Positions 47,379 to 63,059 of a DNA stretch of 64,000 bases are shown piece by piece. A program made the position numbers and the translations under genes. The stretch lies in the NCBI RefSeq assembly GCF_009914755.1, contig NC_060947.1. One strand, given 5' to 3'. This DNA is from the human T2T-CHM13v2.0 reference genome, Homo sapiens. The notes below the pieces were generated by a model. It had not been told where the DNA came from, did no database searches, and saw nothing but the letters and a program-made list of their open reading frames with translations. Positions within the stretch are counted from its first letter, which is position 1; every line of letters begins with the position of its first letter.

Positions 47379-49453
47379 GAAATAATAAGATAAATCCAAA
47401 AGGAGTCAATAAAAGATAGAAAAATATAAAACGTATACTGAATGGCAGAATTAAAACCAAATATATCCCTAATTATATGAATTACTAAGGATTCTAAGAC
47501 TGTCATATAGGCTTTCAAAAAAATAAGACAACTATATGTTACAAGAGGCATATATAAAGCATAAAGAAAGTAAAAGGATAAAAACAAACAAAAAAATTCC
47601 TCCATCTAAACACTATCCAAGAGAAAGACTGTATAGCTATATTAATATTTGTCAAAATAGACTTTTCGGCAAAAAACAAATACTCCAGTGAAAGAAGATT
47701 ACTTACTATGAAAGATTTAATACATCTGGAAGACATAAGGTAATAAATTTGTATGTACATAATTATATGTAGATACATATGTAATATACATAGTATATAC
47801 ATTATAAAGTAAAAGAGGACAGAACTTCAGGGACAGATAGACAAGTCTACAATCATCGCATAAGATCTTAGCACATCCTTCTCAGCGATTGTATGAAAAC
47901 AATTAACAAACCTGAACTCACTGACAAGTGAAGAATACATATTCCCATCATTGCACAAGAAATATTTATCAAAACTGACCATAAAGTAATTCCTCAACAC
48001 ATTCCAAAGGGTTGGAATAAATTGTTTATTCTTTGACTGAAATTCAAAAGAAATAGAAATGACTTCAAAATAGTAGAAAAACCTTCGTATATTTGGAAAT
48101 TAAGAAATTGTTTCCCAATAAACTTTGACCTAATGGATTTCAAATCCATTGATGATTCTTCCCTAAGCTATCTATTACTAAGGTGATACAATGATAATTT
48201 TTCTCATTTTATTATTCTTCCTGCCTTTATTTGTTGGTATTATACTGTAAGGAAGTGTTTTCCCTCCAAGTCTTTGTTATTTATTAGTTCATGTTGGTGG
48301 AGACTCCTGGATTCTTTTGTATTCAGTGTAATATATATGATTCATTATTGCCCTTAATTATTTTGATGCTCAAATTGTCTCATATTTTTCTAATAAGAAC
48401 TCCTTTTCATATATCCCATCAGCTTTTGAGCATTTGCCAGACTCACCTTTTACTTTCCATGCCCCAGTTCCGAAATTAGCCATTTCTTACAAGAAACCCT
48501 TTTAGTGGGCAATGGTTTTATAAAGCAGGATGCAGAAGCTCAGTATGCTCATTGCTAATAGGATATCATTGCTCCTATATATCAATACCTTTAATCCCAA
48601 TTCACGAACACAGGACTCTTGCTACTTTCCAATTCTTTATTTTTCCTCATTTTTCTCACAGTGAGTAACTTTGTCCCCAAACCATTGATATATTTATTAT
48701 TTATATTTTCTATATCCTACCATACAAGAAATTAATTTCAGAATTTCTATACCCATACCACTACCAATAAATGAAATGCAATGTTTAAAATTTCATTGCA
48801 ATTTTATCTTTAGAATGTTTTCCACCAATGGCATATAGTCAAAGCATTGTCTTCAAAATGCTAGGATTAGTTTGAATTTTTTTTCTCTGTGGTTCTGATA
48901 CCAATTGTTCACATTTAGGGATTTTGTTTTGTTTTTGCATGTATTCCCCAACCTTGTTGACTTTATTTTTTAATATGTAAAACTTTAATATGATGCTCCA
49001 ACAGTCAAAACTAGGCAAATAAAATACTCAGAGAAGAGTCAGTTCCTCTTCTATTCCGTGGTTAACCCATTCATTAGTTTCTAGGGCATACTTCTTGAAT
49101 TTATTTTTGCAAAAAAAAAAAAGATTATACACAAATACACGTATTGTTATTTTTCCATTCTTAAATTAAAAGTTAAAATGCTACATACAAATTAATACTT
49201 TGTTTTGCTTTGTTCTTTTACTTGGAAATATGTCCTGGAAATCACTCTATCAATTTGTAAGATGATAGATATGCACCCAACTTTATCATGTAAATGGCCT
49301 AAATACTCCAATTAAAAGCTAAATTCATTCTATTATTTTTTACACTCACTAATAATAGATTGTGTTGATATACTTTATTTAACCAATCTTCTGTGTATAA
49401 TCAGGTAAGTTGTTTCCAACATTTGGAAGTTGCCAATAATTCTACTAAGAATA

Positions 49454-49455
<2 letters not shown>

Positions 49456-49486
<31 letters not shown>

Positions 49487-49556
49487 TTTGTGTGTGCGTG
49501 CGTGCATGTGTGTCTGTCTTGTGTGTTTGTGTGCGCGCGCGCGTGCATGTGTGTGT
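49456..49556. repeat. (TG)n / (CG)n compound microsatellite
   Basis: Directly visible, including gtgcgcgcgcgcgtgcatgtgtg. Confidence 0.92.
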
Positions 49557-51096
49557 TTCATATTATTGGAAGTTTAACTTTTAAATAAATTCTTGCTCAA
49601 ATGTATTCAGAATTTATCTTCTAAATAAATTCTTAGAGGAGGAGTTGATTGATCAAAGGGTACATGTAGTTAGGAGTTGAACCATTTTGCATTCCCACCA
49701 GCAATGCAAGAAAGCCTCTGTTTCCCCAAAGCCTTGCTAATGAAGTTTATTTTCAAACTTTTTAGATTTTGCAAATCCCATAAGTGAGAAATGTTACCTC
49801 AGTGTAATTTTAATTTGCATCTATTTTATTTGGCTGAAGTTCATATGATTAAATGTATGAAAACCACTTCAGTGCCATTGCTAAATCAGTTTTAAGTGTC
49901 CTTTTGCTCATTTTTTCTGATTTTTTTTCATTTTTATTTCTTAATTTAATAGCTCTTTATAAGTTATAGACACTAACCATTTAACATGTTATAAATGAAA
50001 ATATTTTCTGTTTGCTATTTGATATAGCTATGGTATTTTGCCATACAAAATTATTTTATTTTCATGTAGTTCATCTTGTCAATCAGATTTCCTTTTTATG
50101 TTGAGAGTAATGGCAACAAATTCTTTCCCCTAACTCAGGTTGGACAATAAATCACACATATTTTTCTCATTTTTACATTTAGACCTCTGATACATTTGGA
50201 GTTTATTCTTGTACGTTGTGACATACACATTCAATTTTAGTCTCTTAAAACTAATTCTTCCATTGTCTCATGCTATTTATTTAAAAAGTCCATCTGTCCT
50301 GTGATATGAGATGCCATCTTTATAGTATATTAAATATTCTTATATGCCTGGACATGTTTCTGAAGTTCACATTTTATTCCACTACACTGTCTAATCAAAT
50401 GCCAATTTCACACTTTTAATTATAAATGCTATTACATAAATGTTATTATCTGATATGGTTAGTCCCTATTCATTAGGCATTTTTTAGAGCTTGTGTAGAC
50501 ATTACTGAAAGTTTAATTTTCCATATTAACGTTAACATTAACTTGCCTTGTTCTATTCTAAAAGCCTGGATATTTTGACAGGGATCTCCTTAAATTTATA
50601 ATTTAATTTAAGAAAAAATGAACAACTGAATTTTAAAAATGCTTTCTCTAATCTGTATACTAATTTAGGTGGTGGCCACTCTGTCTTCCAAACTTTACTG
50701 CCAAACCTATATGTCACTCTCATGTCTTCCTTATCAACATTTATAATGTATCTCATAAGAATCAATTTTTTAGCTTTACCACAAACCAAATCTGTCTTCT
50801 ATGCATTCACTAGTGACTACTTAATTGTTTAATTTATGAATTTTCAAACTTTTTGGTCTAGTGATCTCTGTATACTCAAACATTATTAAGGATTCCAGAG
50901 AGTTTGCCTTTATATGAGCTATATCCATCAGCATTTAATGTCTTTGAAATTAAAATTGAAATTTTAAATTATTTTTGTCTACATTTATTTAAAATAACAA
51001 TAGTAAATCCATTACATGTTAACATAAATAATTAGCTCTATTAAAAAAAGCTATATTTTCCAAAACAAAATCAACAAGAAGAGTGACATTGTTTTA

Positions 51097-51692
51097 GTTT
51101 TTTCTTTTTTTGACTTTTATAAATTTAGGGGGTACAAGTGCAGTTTTGATATATGAATATAGAGTATAGTGGTGAAGCCTGGGCTTTTAGTGTAACCATG
51201 ACTCGGTAACGTACAATGTACCCATTAAATAATTTCTCATCCCTCTCACCATATACAAAAATTAACACAAAATGGATGAAATCCTTAAATGTAATATCTG
51301 AAACTACAAAAACACTAGAAGAAAACCTAGGAAAAAACTCTGCTGGACAATGGCCTAGGCAAAAATTCGTGACTAAGACCTTGAAAGCACAAACAACGAA
51401 AACAATAATAGACAAATGGGATTTAAACTAAAAAACTTCTATGCAGAAAATAAATAATCCACAGAGTGAACAGATAACCTGCAGAATGGGAAAAAATATT
51501 TGCAAACTATACATCCAACAAGGGACTAAAATCCAGAGTCTATAAGGAACTCAAACAACTCAACAACAACAAAAGACAACCCCATTAAAAACTGGGGAAC
51601 AGACATGACCAAACATTTTTCAAAAGAAGGCATACAAATGGCTAACAAGCATATGAAGAAAATGTTCGATGTCACTAATCGTTAGAGAAATG
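51097..51692. mobile_element. L1PB-like insertion with 5' inversion (3' UTR minus 51097-~51243; ORF2 piece plus ~51244-51692)
   Basis: 'ttagggggtacaagtgcagtttt' (L1PB 3' end, minus) abuts 'tcaccatatacaaaaattaac...' (ORF2, plus); flanks tgtttta. Confidence 0.82.
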
Positions 51693-52436
51693 TTTTACAG
51701 TTTTTCAAGGTGCTTTAATCATCTGACTTAATAGAAGATAGCTAGATTCTCATCTCTGTTTTTTTCATCCAATTTATTGCAACAATTTGCTGTGGTTCAG
51801 ATAATTGCGGTCATTCTTATTTGACAGTGCACTAAAACTCTGCAAGTAGTAGTTTCTTAAGTTCTGTGGCAATGTACAATCAGAAACCAAATCACTGACT
51901 TTTTTATATACTGTTACATTAAAATCCACTAATGTATCTAGAAATGGATATTTCAAATGAATACTTTACTTCAGTACTTCACATGGATATTTTACCCATG
52001 ATTTATATTGTAACATCAGGCATAGGTCATTAAGAAAATATTGGTTCACCGAGTTACACATATTTTCTCAATGTTGGTATATTTCACTATACAATGTCAA
52101 AAATCATATACGTTGATAATCTTCATCAACCTTAATGGAAAAATCTTAAGATATTGGGAAAGTTCAATCTCCCAGAGATGAATAGACATTTTCCAAAAAT
52201 TACATTATTCACTTGAAACCTCAGATTTTATCATTGGCAGCAAATAGCATCTATTTTTTGCTTAACTTGACAGGCTCAAGTCATCCATTATTGAGAAAGT
52301 AGCTGCCAAATACCCAAGTCTGAATAACTCTAGTGTGTCTAACAGTCAAGTAAAGATGTTAGTCTATGAAAAAATACATGGCTAGTTAATCTTGCAACTC
52401 TAACAATTGCATAGGTACTTTTTCTCAAAGCAACCA

Positions 52437-53392
<956 letters not shown>

Positions 53393-54139
53393 TGAGATTT
53401 AATAAAATTAATATTTTTTACTACTTCATAAAGTATATTCTTAAGTAATAGTGGCTTCTTTCCCCAAAAGTACATAGTGATAAAGAATACAATAACTTCT
53501 TGTACAGTTTGGTGTCATCTGCTTGATTCATGCCAAGGCACCAGCAGTTTCACCCACCATTACATTGGCATTATCAGTAAAATTGTAAACACATTGAAAA
53601 TAGCAAATAACATATTAATATTTCTATGGAAATACTTTTGACTTCATGAAACTATTGAAAAGGTTTCAGAGATACATAAATGTTCATGGAACACACTTTA
53701 AAAACTAAGTTTCCGGTGCTAGCTCCCTTTGTGGTATTTGATATAGTCAATGATGTTTTGTTCATAATTCTCCGATTCTTTGCTACCTATGACACAATTT
53801 TCATTTGGTTTCCTTTTCTCCTATTTCTCTGTCTGCTCCAAATCATTTTCTTCATTTTCTGCTTTATCCCCGTTCTTCCCCAGGATTCTGTTCCTTCCAA
53901 TTGCTTATATACTTTTCCTGGCTTGCATCATCCACAGAAATAATTAAAATCTATCTACCAATGACTCTTGAATAATTATTTCTATTAATTTCTATCTGGA
54001 TTATATGCAGATCTATAGCTTGTAGAAAAACTCTTAGCTCATGTTCCATATAAAATAGACTACAGACCAGATTTGGCCGATGAACCATAGTTTGCCAAAC
54101 CCTGGTCCTAATAATTGTGTTCTGGCAAGTATATAGTGA

Positions 54140-57100
54140 CATCTAGTCCTGGTATTTATCTTTAATTCCCTACTGACTCATAATGTTGGGCACTTTTTGT
54201 TATGGTTTTTAAGCATTTCGACGTCCTCTTTTGTGATGAATTTTTAACACCATTTGCCTATTTTCAATTTTTTAATTCTAGTGTTTTTTTGTATAGTCTA
54301 GATAAGAGTTCTTTGTCGGATATGTATAGTGAAAATATTTTTTCCCAATCTGTGCATGACCTTACACTCGTTTAAAGTTCAATTTGTCAGCGTTTTCTTT
54401 AATGGCCAGTGATTTTTTATCCGGTTTATGAAAAGTTTTCTCATCCAGAGTTCAAGAGGATATTCAAGAGGATAACCTCCTCTGTCTTTGTATTTCCTTC
54501 CTTTCTTAAGTGTTTGATCATCTTAGCTTTCACATTTAGGTCCAGGAGCCATCTTAACTTAATGTATACGTCTGATGCGAGCTAGAGATTGAATTTTTTC
54601 CCTATGTGAATATCCAGTTGACTCAGCATCATTTATTGGAAAGATTATTCTTGCCTACCGAATTACAATGGCGTCATTCTCATAAGTCAGGTTACCTTAT
54701 ATATGTTGTTTCTCCTGGGCTATAAGTTCTGTTCTATTGATCTAATATTCTGTCCTTGTACTAGTATTACAATGTCCTAATTACTATAGCTTTATACTAA
54801 GTCTTCTAATCTAGTTGAGTAAGTCTGTCAGCTGTGTTCTTCTTCAAAATTTTCTGGGCTAGCCTAAGGCCTTTTCATTTTCATATAAAACTAAAATTAG
54901 CTTGTCAACCCCCAAAACAAAATATGCTATTGTTTTAAAATTGGTATTGCATTAAATCTATAAGTCAGCTAAGTGAGGATTTGTCTTAACAATACTATGG
55001 CTTCCAATCCATGTACGTATGCATATGTACATGTAAATAATCTACTATTTATTTAGGCCTTCTTTAATACTCTGTTATGTTTTATTTAATTTAGAGGTCT
55101 TGCACATCTTTGTTAGATTTATCGTTAGGTACTTGATTTCCTAGGATGCTATTGTAAATATTTCTAGTTGCTTGCTGCTAGCATATAAAAATAAAATACA
55201 TTTGATATTTTTGCATTTACTCTATACCCAGCTATCTAAATTCACTTAACATTTCTTGGAGTTTGTTAAAAGATTCATTGGAATTTTCAGCGTACCTAGT
55301 GGTGTCACTTGTGAATGACGACAGATGTATTTCTTTTTCTTCTATCTTAAAAATTTTTTTAATTAATTGTTCTTGCTTGATTGCACTGGTAGGACTTAGA
55401 AAATAGTGTTTAATACAAGTGGAAGTAGTAGACATCTTTTTTTTTTAGTGGAAAACTGCTCAGTATTTCAACATTAAGAATAATATTTGTAAGTTTTGTA
55501 AAATGTCTTTCATCAAATTAAATTCCCTTTTATTCTATATTTTCTGTGTCTTTTTTATCATAAATATGTGTAACTTTTCCAAATCCTTTTTTCTGAATCC
55601 ACTGAGATGATTATAGGATTTATTTCTTCCTTTATTCTGTTAGCATGGTAAATTGTATACATTTTTGAATTATATCTTGCATTCTTGAAATAAATCCCAC
55701 TTTGTAATGGGCTTTTTTTTTCTATATCATTGGATTATTTTTTATATTTTAGTTAGGATGTTTTAATCCATTCCAATGAGAGATTTTGCCTTGTCATTTT
55801 ACTTTCTTTAGTGGTATCCTTGTCTAGTTTTGGTAGCAGGGTATGCAAGCCTCATAAAATGAGTTTGAAGCTGTCCCTTTTGACCTACCTTATATGTTTG
55901 TGTAAAGTTTGCATCTTTTTATTTTAAAATGTTTGGAAGAATTAATGAATGTAGTCATTTGATACTGTCACCATCTGAGCCTGCAGGGTGGTATGTGTCT
56001 GTGTGTGTGTGTGTGTGTGCGTGTGCATGCATGTGCACATATGTGTAAAGGTTCTTAATTATAGATTCAATTGCTTCAACATGAATGGCAATATTAATAT
56101 TTTCTTTTGTGTGTGTTAGTTTTGGTAAATTGTAATTGTCAAAGAATTTCTTCTAAGGTTTCTAATTTATTGGCATCAAGTGGTGTAATTACCATCCTTT
56201 TAATGTCTATATAATGTGTAGTGACTTCCTGTTTCGCCCAGAGAATGGTTATCTCTGTTTTCTCTCTTTTTGTGTTTAGTTTACTAAGAGTTTATAATTT
56301 TTTTTTAACTTCTCCAAGAATTATCTTTTGGAGTCATCAATTTTCTCCATTGTTTGTCCATTTTCTATGTCATTGACATCTAATTTTACCTCCTTCTTTC
56401 TACTTACTTTGGGTTTCATTTTCTCTTTTTTAACTTCTTAAGGAAGAAAGTTAAGTCAGTGACTCTGGGCCTTACTTGATTTCTAATATACACATTTAAA
56501 TCCATAAATTTTTCTCTAAATTCTACTTTAGCTGTATCTCATAACTGTTGATGTGTATTTTAATTTCAGCTCAAAATATTTACTAATTCCCTTTTTTAAT
56601 CCATGGATTATTTGGAAACTTGTAGTTTAATTTTCAGACTTCAGGAAATTTTCAAGGTATCTTTCTTATTGAGTTGTAATTAATGCCACAGTGGCCAGGG
56701 TATATACACTTTATGTTTCCATCATTTGACTTTTATTGTCATTGCCTTTTGGCCAGCATATGGTTTACAGTGATAAATGTTCTATGTCTACCTCAAAAGA
56801 CTATATATATTATGATGTTGATAGACGTAGTAACAGAATGTGTGTTTTGTAACTTTTCTATGTGTATTTTCTAGTTACTGCAAGAGTTGTGTTAAAATCT
56901 CTGACAATCATCATGGATTTGTCTATCTCTCCTTTTAGTTTTTTTAACATTTGTTCTATAAATTTTGAGGTTATGTTATTTGGTTTCTTTAATAAATAAG
57001 ATTATATCTTTCCATAGGATTGACACTTTTATAGTTATGAAATATTCCTCTTTATCTCTCCTAATACTTTTTGCCCTAAGAACTAATTTTTATGATATAT

Positions 57101-57300
57101 CAGCTTTCTTTCAGTTAGTGTTTCCATAGCATAACATTTTCTATATTTTTAAAACAGGCTCTGTCTTTATATTTTTAAATAATTCACTTATAAAGAGCAT
57201 ATAGTTATTTCTTAATATAATCTGAAAGTATTTCATTTTTAGTTGAAGTTTTTAAACCACTTAAACGATATACTTTAGTTTACATCTATTAATTTTTGTT
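54140..57300 (-). mobile_element. Old L1M (MC/ME-like) ORF2 fragments
   Basis: Degenerate antisense ORF2 motifs; includes a (TG)n tract at ~55999-56040. Confidence 0.65.
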
Positions 57301-59277
57301 AGTTTTTTCTTTGTTTCTTTATTATTCTTTCTTTTGTAAAAAGATTCATTTAGGTAAATTTGATGTAAGATAACCTGCACTTTTTAAAATGTATAATTTG
57401 ACAAATATTACAATGTGCATAAACCCATGAAAACATCACCACACTCAAGATCATAAAGATAGCCATCCCCATCAAGTTTCCTCATGCCCACTTGTAATAC
57501 TTCCCTCCCTCAATCATACTTCACTGTCCCTGAACAATCACTGATCTGCTTTCTGTCACTATGCTCTAGCTTGCATTTTCTAAAATGCAATACGTATACT
57601 TTAAAAATATATATTTAAGGTATACAACAGGATGTTATGAGATACATAGAGATAGTAAAAAGGTTACTATAGTGAAGCAAATGAATATATTCATCATCTC
57701 ATATAGTTACCTATTTTTGTGTGTATGGCAAGAACAGCTACAATCCACTCATTTAGCATGAATCCCATACATAGTATAATTTTATTACCTATCGTCCACA
57801 TGTTGTACATTAGATCTCTAGACTTGTTCAGCCTACATATCTACTACTTTGTACTCTGACCTGTGTCTCCCCATCACCCAACTCCCACTGTTTTATTCTC
57901 TATCTCTGTATATTTCAATTTTTCTTTAGTTTCCACATAGAAGTGAGATCATACAAAATGCTTCTTTCTGTGTCTGGCTTATTTCATTTAGCATGTCTTC
58001 CAGGCTAATCCATGTTGTAGCAAATGGCATGATCTCATTCTGTTTTAGGGCTGAACAGTATTCCATTGTGTATACATATGTGCCACCGCTTATTTATTTA
58101 TTCATTCATTCATGGATTCTTAGATTGTTTCCATATCTTAGCTATTGTGAATAATGCTGCAATGAGCATGGGAGAGCACATATCTTTACAATGTGACGAT
58201 CTCATTTCTATTTCTAATATTTCTAAAATATTAATTTTGAAGAACCTCCATACTGTTTTCCATGATGGCTGTACTAATCTACATCCCCACAAGCAGTGTA
58301 CAAGTGTTGCCTTTCCTCCACGCATTTGCCAACACAGGTTATATTTTGATTTTTTATAATAGCTATCCTAACTGGTATCTCATAACGGTTTTGACTTGCA
58401 TCCCTGATGATTAATTGATGTTGCGCACCTCTACATATACCTGTTGGAGATTTTTATGTCTTCCACAGAGAAGTGTCTATTCTTGTCTTTTTTCTAATTT
58501 TTAAACAGGATATTTGTTTTTCCATTATTGTGTGAACAAGTTATTGATAAATTTTGGATATTAACCCTTTAACAGATATATGGTTTGCAAATATTTTTTT
58601 CTCAATTCATAGGAACCATTTCATCTTGTGGATTATTTCCTTCACTGTTTAGAAGCTTTTTAATTCGATTTAATCCCATTTATTTATTTTTGCTTTTGTA
58701 GCCTGCACTTTTGACATGATATACAAAAATTCATTTCCAAGCCTAATGTACAAGAGCTTTTCCTTTATGTTCTCTTCTAAGAGATTTACAGTGTCTAGTG
58801 TTGTATGTAGGCCTTTTATACATTTTGAGTTGATTTTTGTGCATGATGTCAGATAAGGGTCAAATTTCATTCTTTTGCATATGGAAATAGAGTTTTTACA
58901 GCATCATTTATTTAAGAAATTATCCTTTTCCTATTGGGCTTTATTGATGCCCTTGTCAAAAACAAATTGACAATTTGTGTTTGGATTTATCTCTGGGCTC
59001 TCTATTCTGTTTTACTGGTCTGTGTGTCTGTATTTCTGCCTGGACCATACGATATTGATTACTATAGTTTTGTAATACTATCTTAAAAAAGGAAGTATGA
59101 TGCCTCCAACTTCATTTGTTCTCAGAATTATTTTGGCTATTTGGGGTCTTTTATTATTCCATACAAATTTTATTATTGCTTTTGCTATTTCTGATAAGGA
59201 AGGCATCGGGATTTTTAAAAGGGTTGTGTTGAATCTCTATATTGCTTTGGGCAGTATGAACATTTTAACAATATTAA

Positions 59278-59343
59278 TTCTTTATGTATATATAATAGTT
59301 GTACATATTTTTCTTTATGTATATATAATAGTTGTACATATTT
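59278..59343. repeat. 33-bp tandem duplication
   Basis: ttctttatgtatatataatagttgtacatattt x2. Confidence 0.9.
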
Positions 59344-61269
59344 TGTCACATACTTGTGACATTTTGATTCTTGTGTAGAATGTGTAATGAGCAAATCAGG
59401 GTAACTGGGATATCCACCACCTCACATTTATATTTGTTTTGGCGACGTTACAATTCTTCTCATCTAGCTATTTTAAAATATACAATAGGTTATTGTTAAC
59501 TATAGTCTCCCAACTGAACTATCAAATACTAGAATGTATTCCATCTATCTAACTGTATCTTTGAACTTCTTAACCAACTTCTCGTCATCTCCCTCAACTC
59601 CCCTACCCTTCTAAGCTTCTGGTAACCTGTCTTACTATGCCTGGCTTATCTCATTTCACATAATTACCTCTAGGTCTACTCATGCTACTGCAAATGACAG
59701 GATTTCATTCTTCTTATGGCTGAATAATATTCCAATTGTTGTATATATCACATTTTCTTTTTCCATTCATCTGTTGATGGACACTTAGGTAGATTTCATA
59801 TGTTGGCTATTATAAATAATGCTACAATAAACATGAGAGTGCAGATATCTCTTCAATATATATTAATTTTCTTACTTTGAGATACGTACCCAGCAATGGG
59901 AATGCTGGATTATGTGGTAGTTCTATTTTTAGTTCTTTCAGGAACCTCCATACTGTTTTCCATAGTGGCAGTACTATTTCATCTCCCCACCAACAGTGTA
60001 TGAGCACTCCCCTTTGATATGTTGTGTTTCTATTGTTGTTTGACTCAAGATATTTTTTAGTTTCCCTTTTGACCCATTGGTTGTTCAGAAGCATGTTCTT
60101 TGCTTTTCACATGTTTGTGCATTTTCTAATATTCCTCCTAATATTGATTTCTCGTTTCGTGTTATTGTAATCTGAAATGACACTAGATATGATTTTAGTC
60201 TTCTTAAATTTGTTAAGACTTATTTTGCAGCCTAACATATGGTCTATCCTGGAGAGTGCTCCATGTGTACTGGAGAGGAATGTGTATTCTGCTGCTGTTG
60301 GATGTAAAGTTCTGTGTATGTTTGTTAGATCCATTTGGTCAAAAGTGCAATTGAAATCCAGTATTTCCTTATTATTTGTTATCTGGTTGCTTTATTCATT
60401 GTTATAAGTGGGATATTAAAATCTCCTACTATTATTGTATTGCTATCCATTTTGTTCTTTTATGTCCATTAATAATTTTTGTATGTATTTATGTGCTCCA
60501 ATGTTGGGTGCATAAATATTTACAATGGTTATGTCCTCCTGATGAACTGGCTCTTTTAACATTAAATAATGTCCTTTTTTGTCTCTTGCAAAAATTTTTA
60601 ACTTGAAGTCTACGTTACCAGATATAAGTATAGCCACCTGCTCCCTCTTTTGGTACATTTGCATGGAATATCGTCTTCCATTCCTTCACTTTCAGCCTGT
60701 GTATGTCTTTAAAGCATAAGTGAGTTTCTTGTAGGCAACATAGTTGGCTCTTTTTTTTTTTTTCCACTCAGCCACTCTGTTTTTTGATAAGAGAATTTAA
60801 TCCATTTACATTCAAGGTTATTATTGACAGATAAGGACTTGCTACTGCCATTTTCTTGTTTGTTTTCTGGTTATTTTGTAGCTATTTTGTTCCTTTCTTT
60901 CTCTTTTATAGTTTACCTTTATGAATTGATACTTTTCTGTAGTGCTAAGATTTGATTGCTTTTTCTTTAGCATTGGTATATCTGCCATAGATTTTTGTTT
61001 TGTGGCTACCGTGAGGCTTATATAAAACATCATATAGTTATAATCTACTATTTTAAGCTAACAACTTAACTTCTGACACATACAAACACTCTAGGCTTTT
61101 ACCTTCCTTCCTCACAATTTACATTTTTGATGTCACAACTTTTGTCTTGTTATATTGTGAGTTCCTTAACAACTTAGTGTAGCTTCCATTATTTTTGACC
61201 ATTGTGACTTTCATCTTCATACTAGCAATGCGTATAATTTATACAGTATTGAAGTATCCTGGATTTGAC

Positions 61270-61346
61270 TATTTACCTCTACCAGTGAGTTTTGTATTTA
61301 CCTCTACCAGTGAGTTTTGTATTTACCTCTACTAGTGAGTTTTGTA
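61270..61346. repeat. 25-bp tandem repeat x3
   Basis: tatttacctctaccagtgagttttg x3 (one substitution). Confidence 0.92.
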
Positions 61347-62469
61347 CTTTCTTTCATATGTATTCATGATGGTAATTACTGTCCCTTTGTTTCCACTTGA
61401 AGAACTCCCTTAAGTATTTCTTGTAAGTCAGGTTTCATGGTAATAAATTCCCTCAGCTTTTGCTTGTCTGTGAAAGACTTTATTTCTACATTTCTGAAGG
61501 ACAGCATTGCTGTATAGAGTATGCTTGGCTGACAGTTTTGTTTGCTTTTTTGTTTTGGGGGTTATTTTTTCTTTTTCTTTTTCTTTTTTTTTTTTTTGCT
61601 TTCAACACATTAAATATATCATTCCATTCTCTCCTCGCCTGTAAGGTTTCTGCTGAGAAATGCACTGATAATCTAATGGGGATTCCCTTATATGGACTCA
61701 GGATCATGAAAACATCCATCCCCATCAAAAGTTTCCTCAAGCACATTTGTAATACTCCCCTCCCTAATACTTCACTGTCCCTAGGCAATAGCTGACTTGT
61801 GTTCTGTCACTATATTCTAGTTTGTATTTAATGAAATATAGGATATACTCTTTTGTAAATGGCTTCTTTCACTTAACATGATTATTTGAGGCTAACCAAT
61901 GTTGTTTGTATCAATAGTTTGTTTTTATTGCAGCATAGTATTCCACTCATGGATATACAATTTGTCTAAAAATTCTACTTTTTATAGACGTGGTTTATTT
62001 CCAGTTGTTGGATGTTATAGAAATTTATGTACAATTCTGTAGGTGGGCATATATTTTTATTTCTCTTGGATAAATACTTAAGAGTAGAATGGCAGGGCTT
62101 GTACAATAGGTGTACATTTAGCTTTTTAAGAAACTACCATAATTTTCCAAAGTGATTGTAACATTTAATATTCCCACTAGCAGTATGTAAGAGTTACAGA
62201 TTCTCCACAACCTCCCCAATTCTTGGTATAGTCAGGCTTACAATTCTTGCTATTCCAGTTGGTGTATAGAGATCACCGTTTGTGGTTTTAATTTGCATTT
62301 TCCCAGTGACTTAGGGTATTGAGCATTTTTTTATGAGCATATTGATCTTTATATAATCTAGGGTAAAAGTGTCTGGTTGATTATTTTTCTCATTTTTATT
62401 AGATTGTTTGACTTCATATTATTGAGTTTTAATTGTTATTTGTATATTCTTGGTAAAAATTTTATTTGA

Positions 62470-62799
<330 letters not shown>

Positions 62800-63059
62800 C
62801 CAGTGCGTTTTTTAAAATATTTTCATTGTCAGTGACTTAACCTTAAATTTCTTAATAGTCTCTATGGAAGAAGAAAGTTTTTAATTGTCATGAAATTCAA
62901 ATTATTAAGAATTTTTCTCTTATGCTTCATGCTTTTGAGTCATATTTAAGAAATATTTGCCAAACCTATGGTCACTAAGATTTTCTCCTATATTTTATCA
63001 TAGAGTTTTATACTTTTAGCTGTAATATTTGCTTCTAAGGTTTAATTATATATATATAT

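Larger units (their letters stand above)
45900..48120 (+). mobile_element. Very old L1ME-like fragments
   Basis: Degenerate ORF1/ORF2 motifs ('gtcaaaatagactttt', 'gatagacaagtctacaatc'). Confidence 0.5.
57603..61695 (-). mobile_element. L1MA-type element (3' UTR to ORF1 region) with a second nested L1MA 3' piece (~59270-60010)
   Basis: Minus-strand ORF2/ORF1-like translations (MDLTNIHRTLHPTAAEYTF, GIPIRLSVHFSAETLQARREWNDIF). Confidence 0.82.

Noticed and set aside
49456-49556. Z-DNA regulatory element
   Set aside because: The alternating purine-pyrimidine tract is real but common, and nothing here indicates function.
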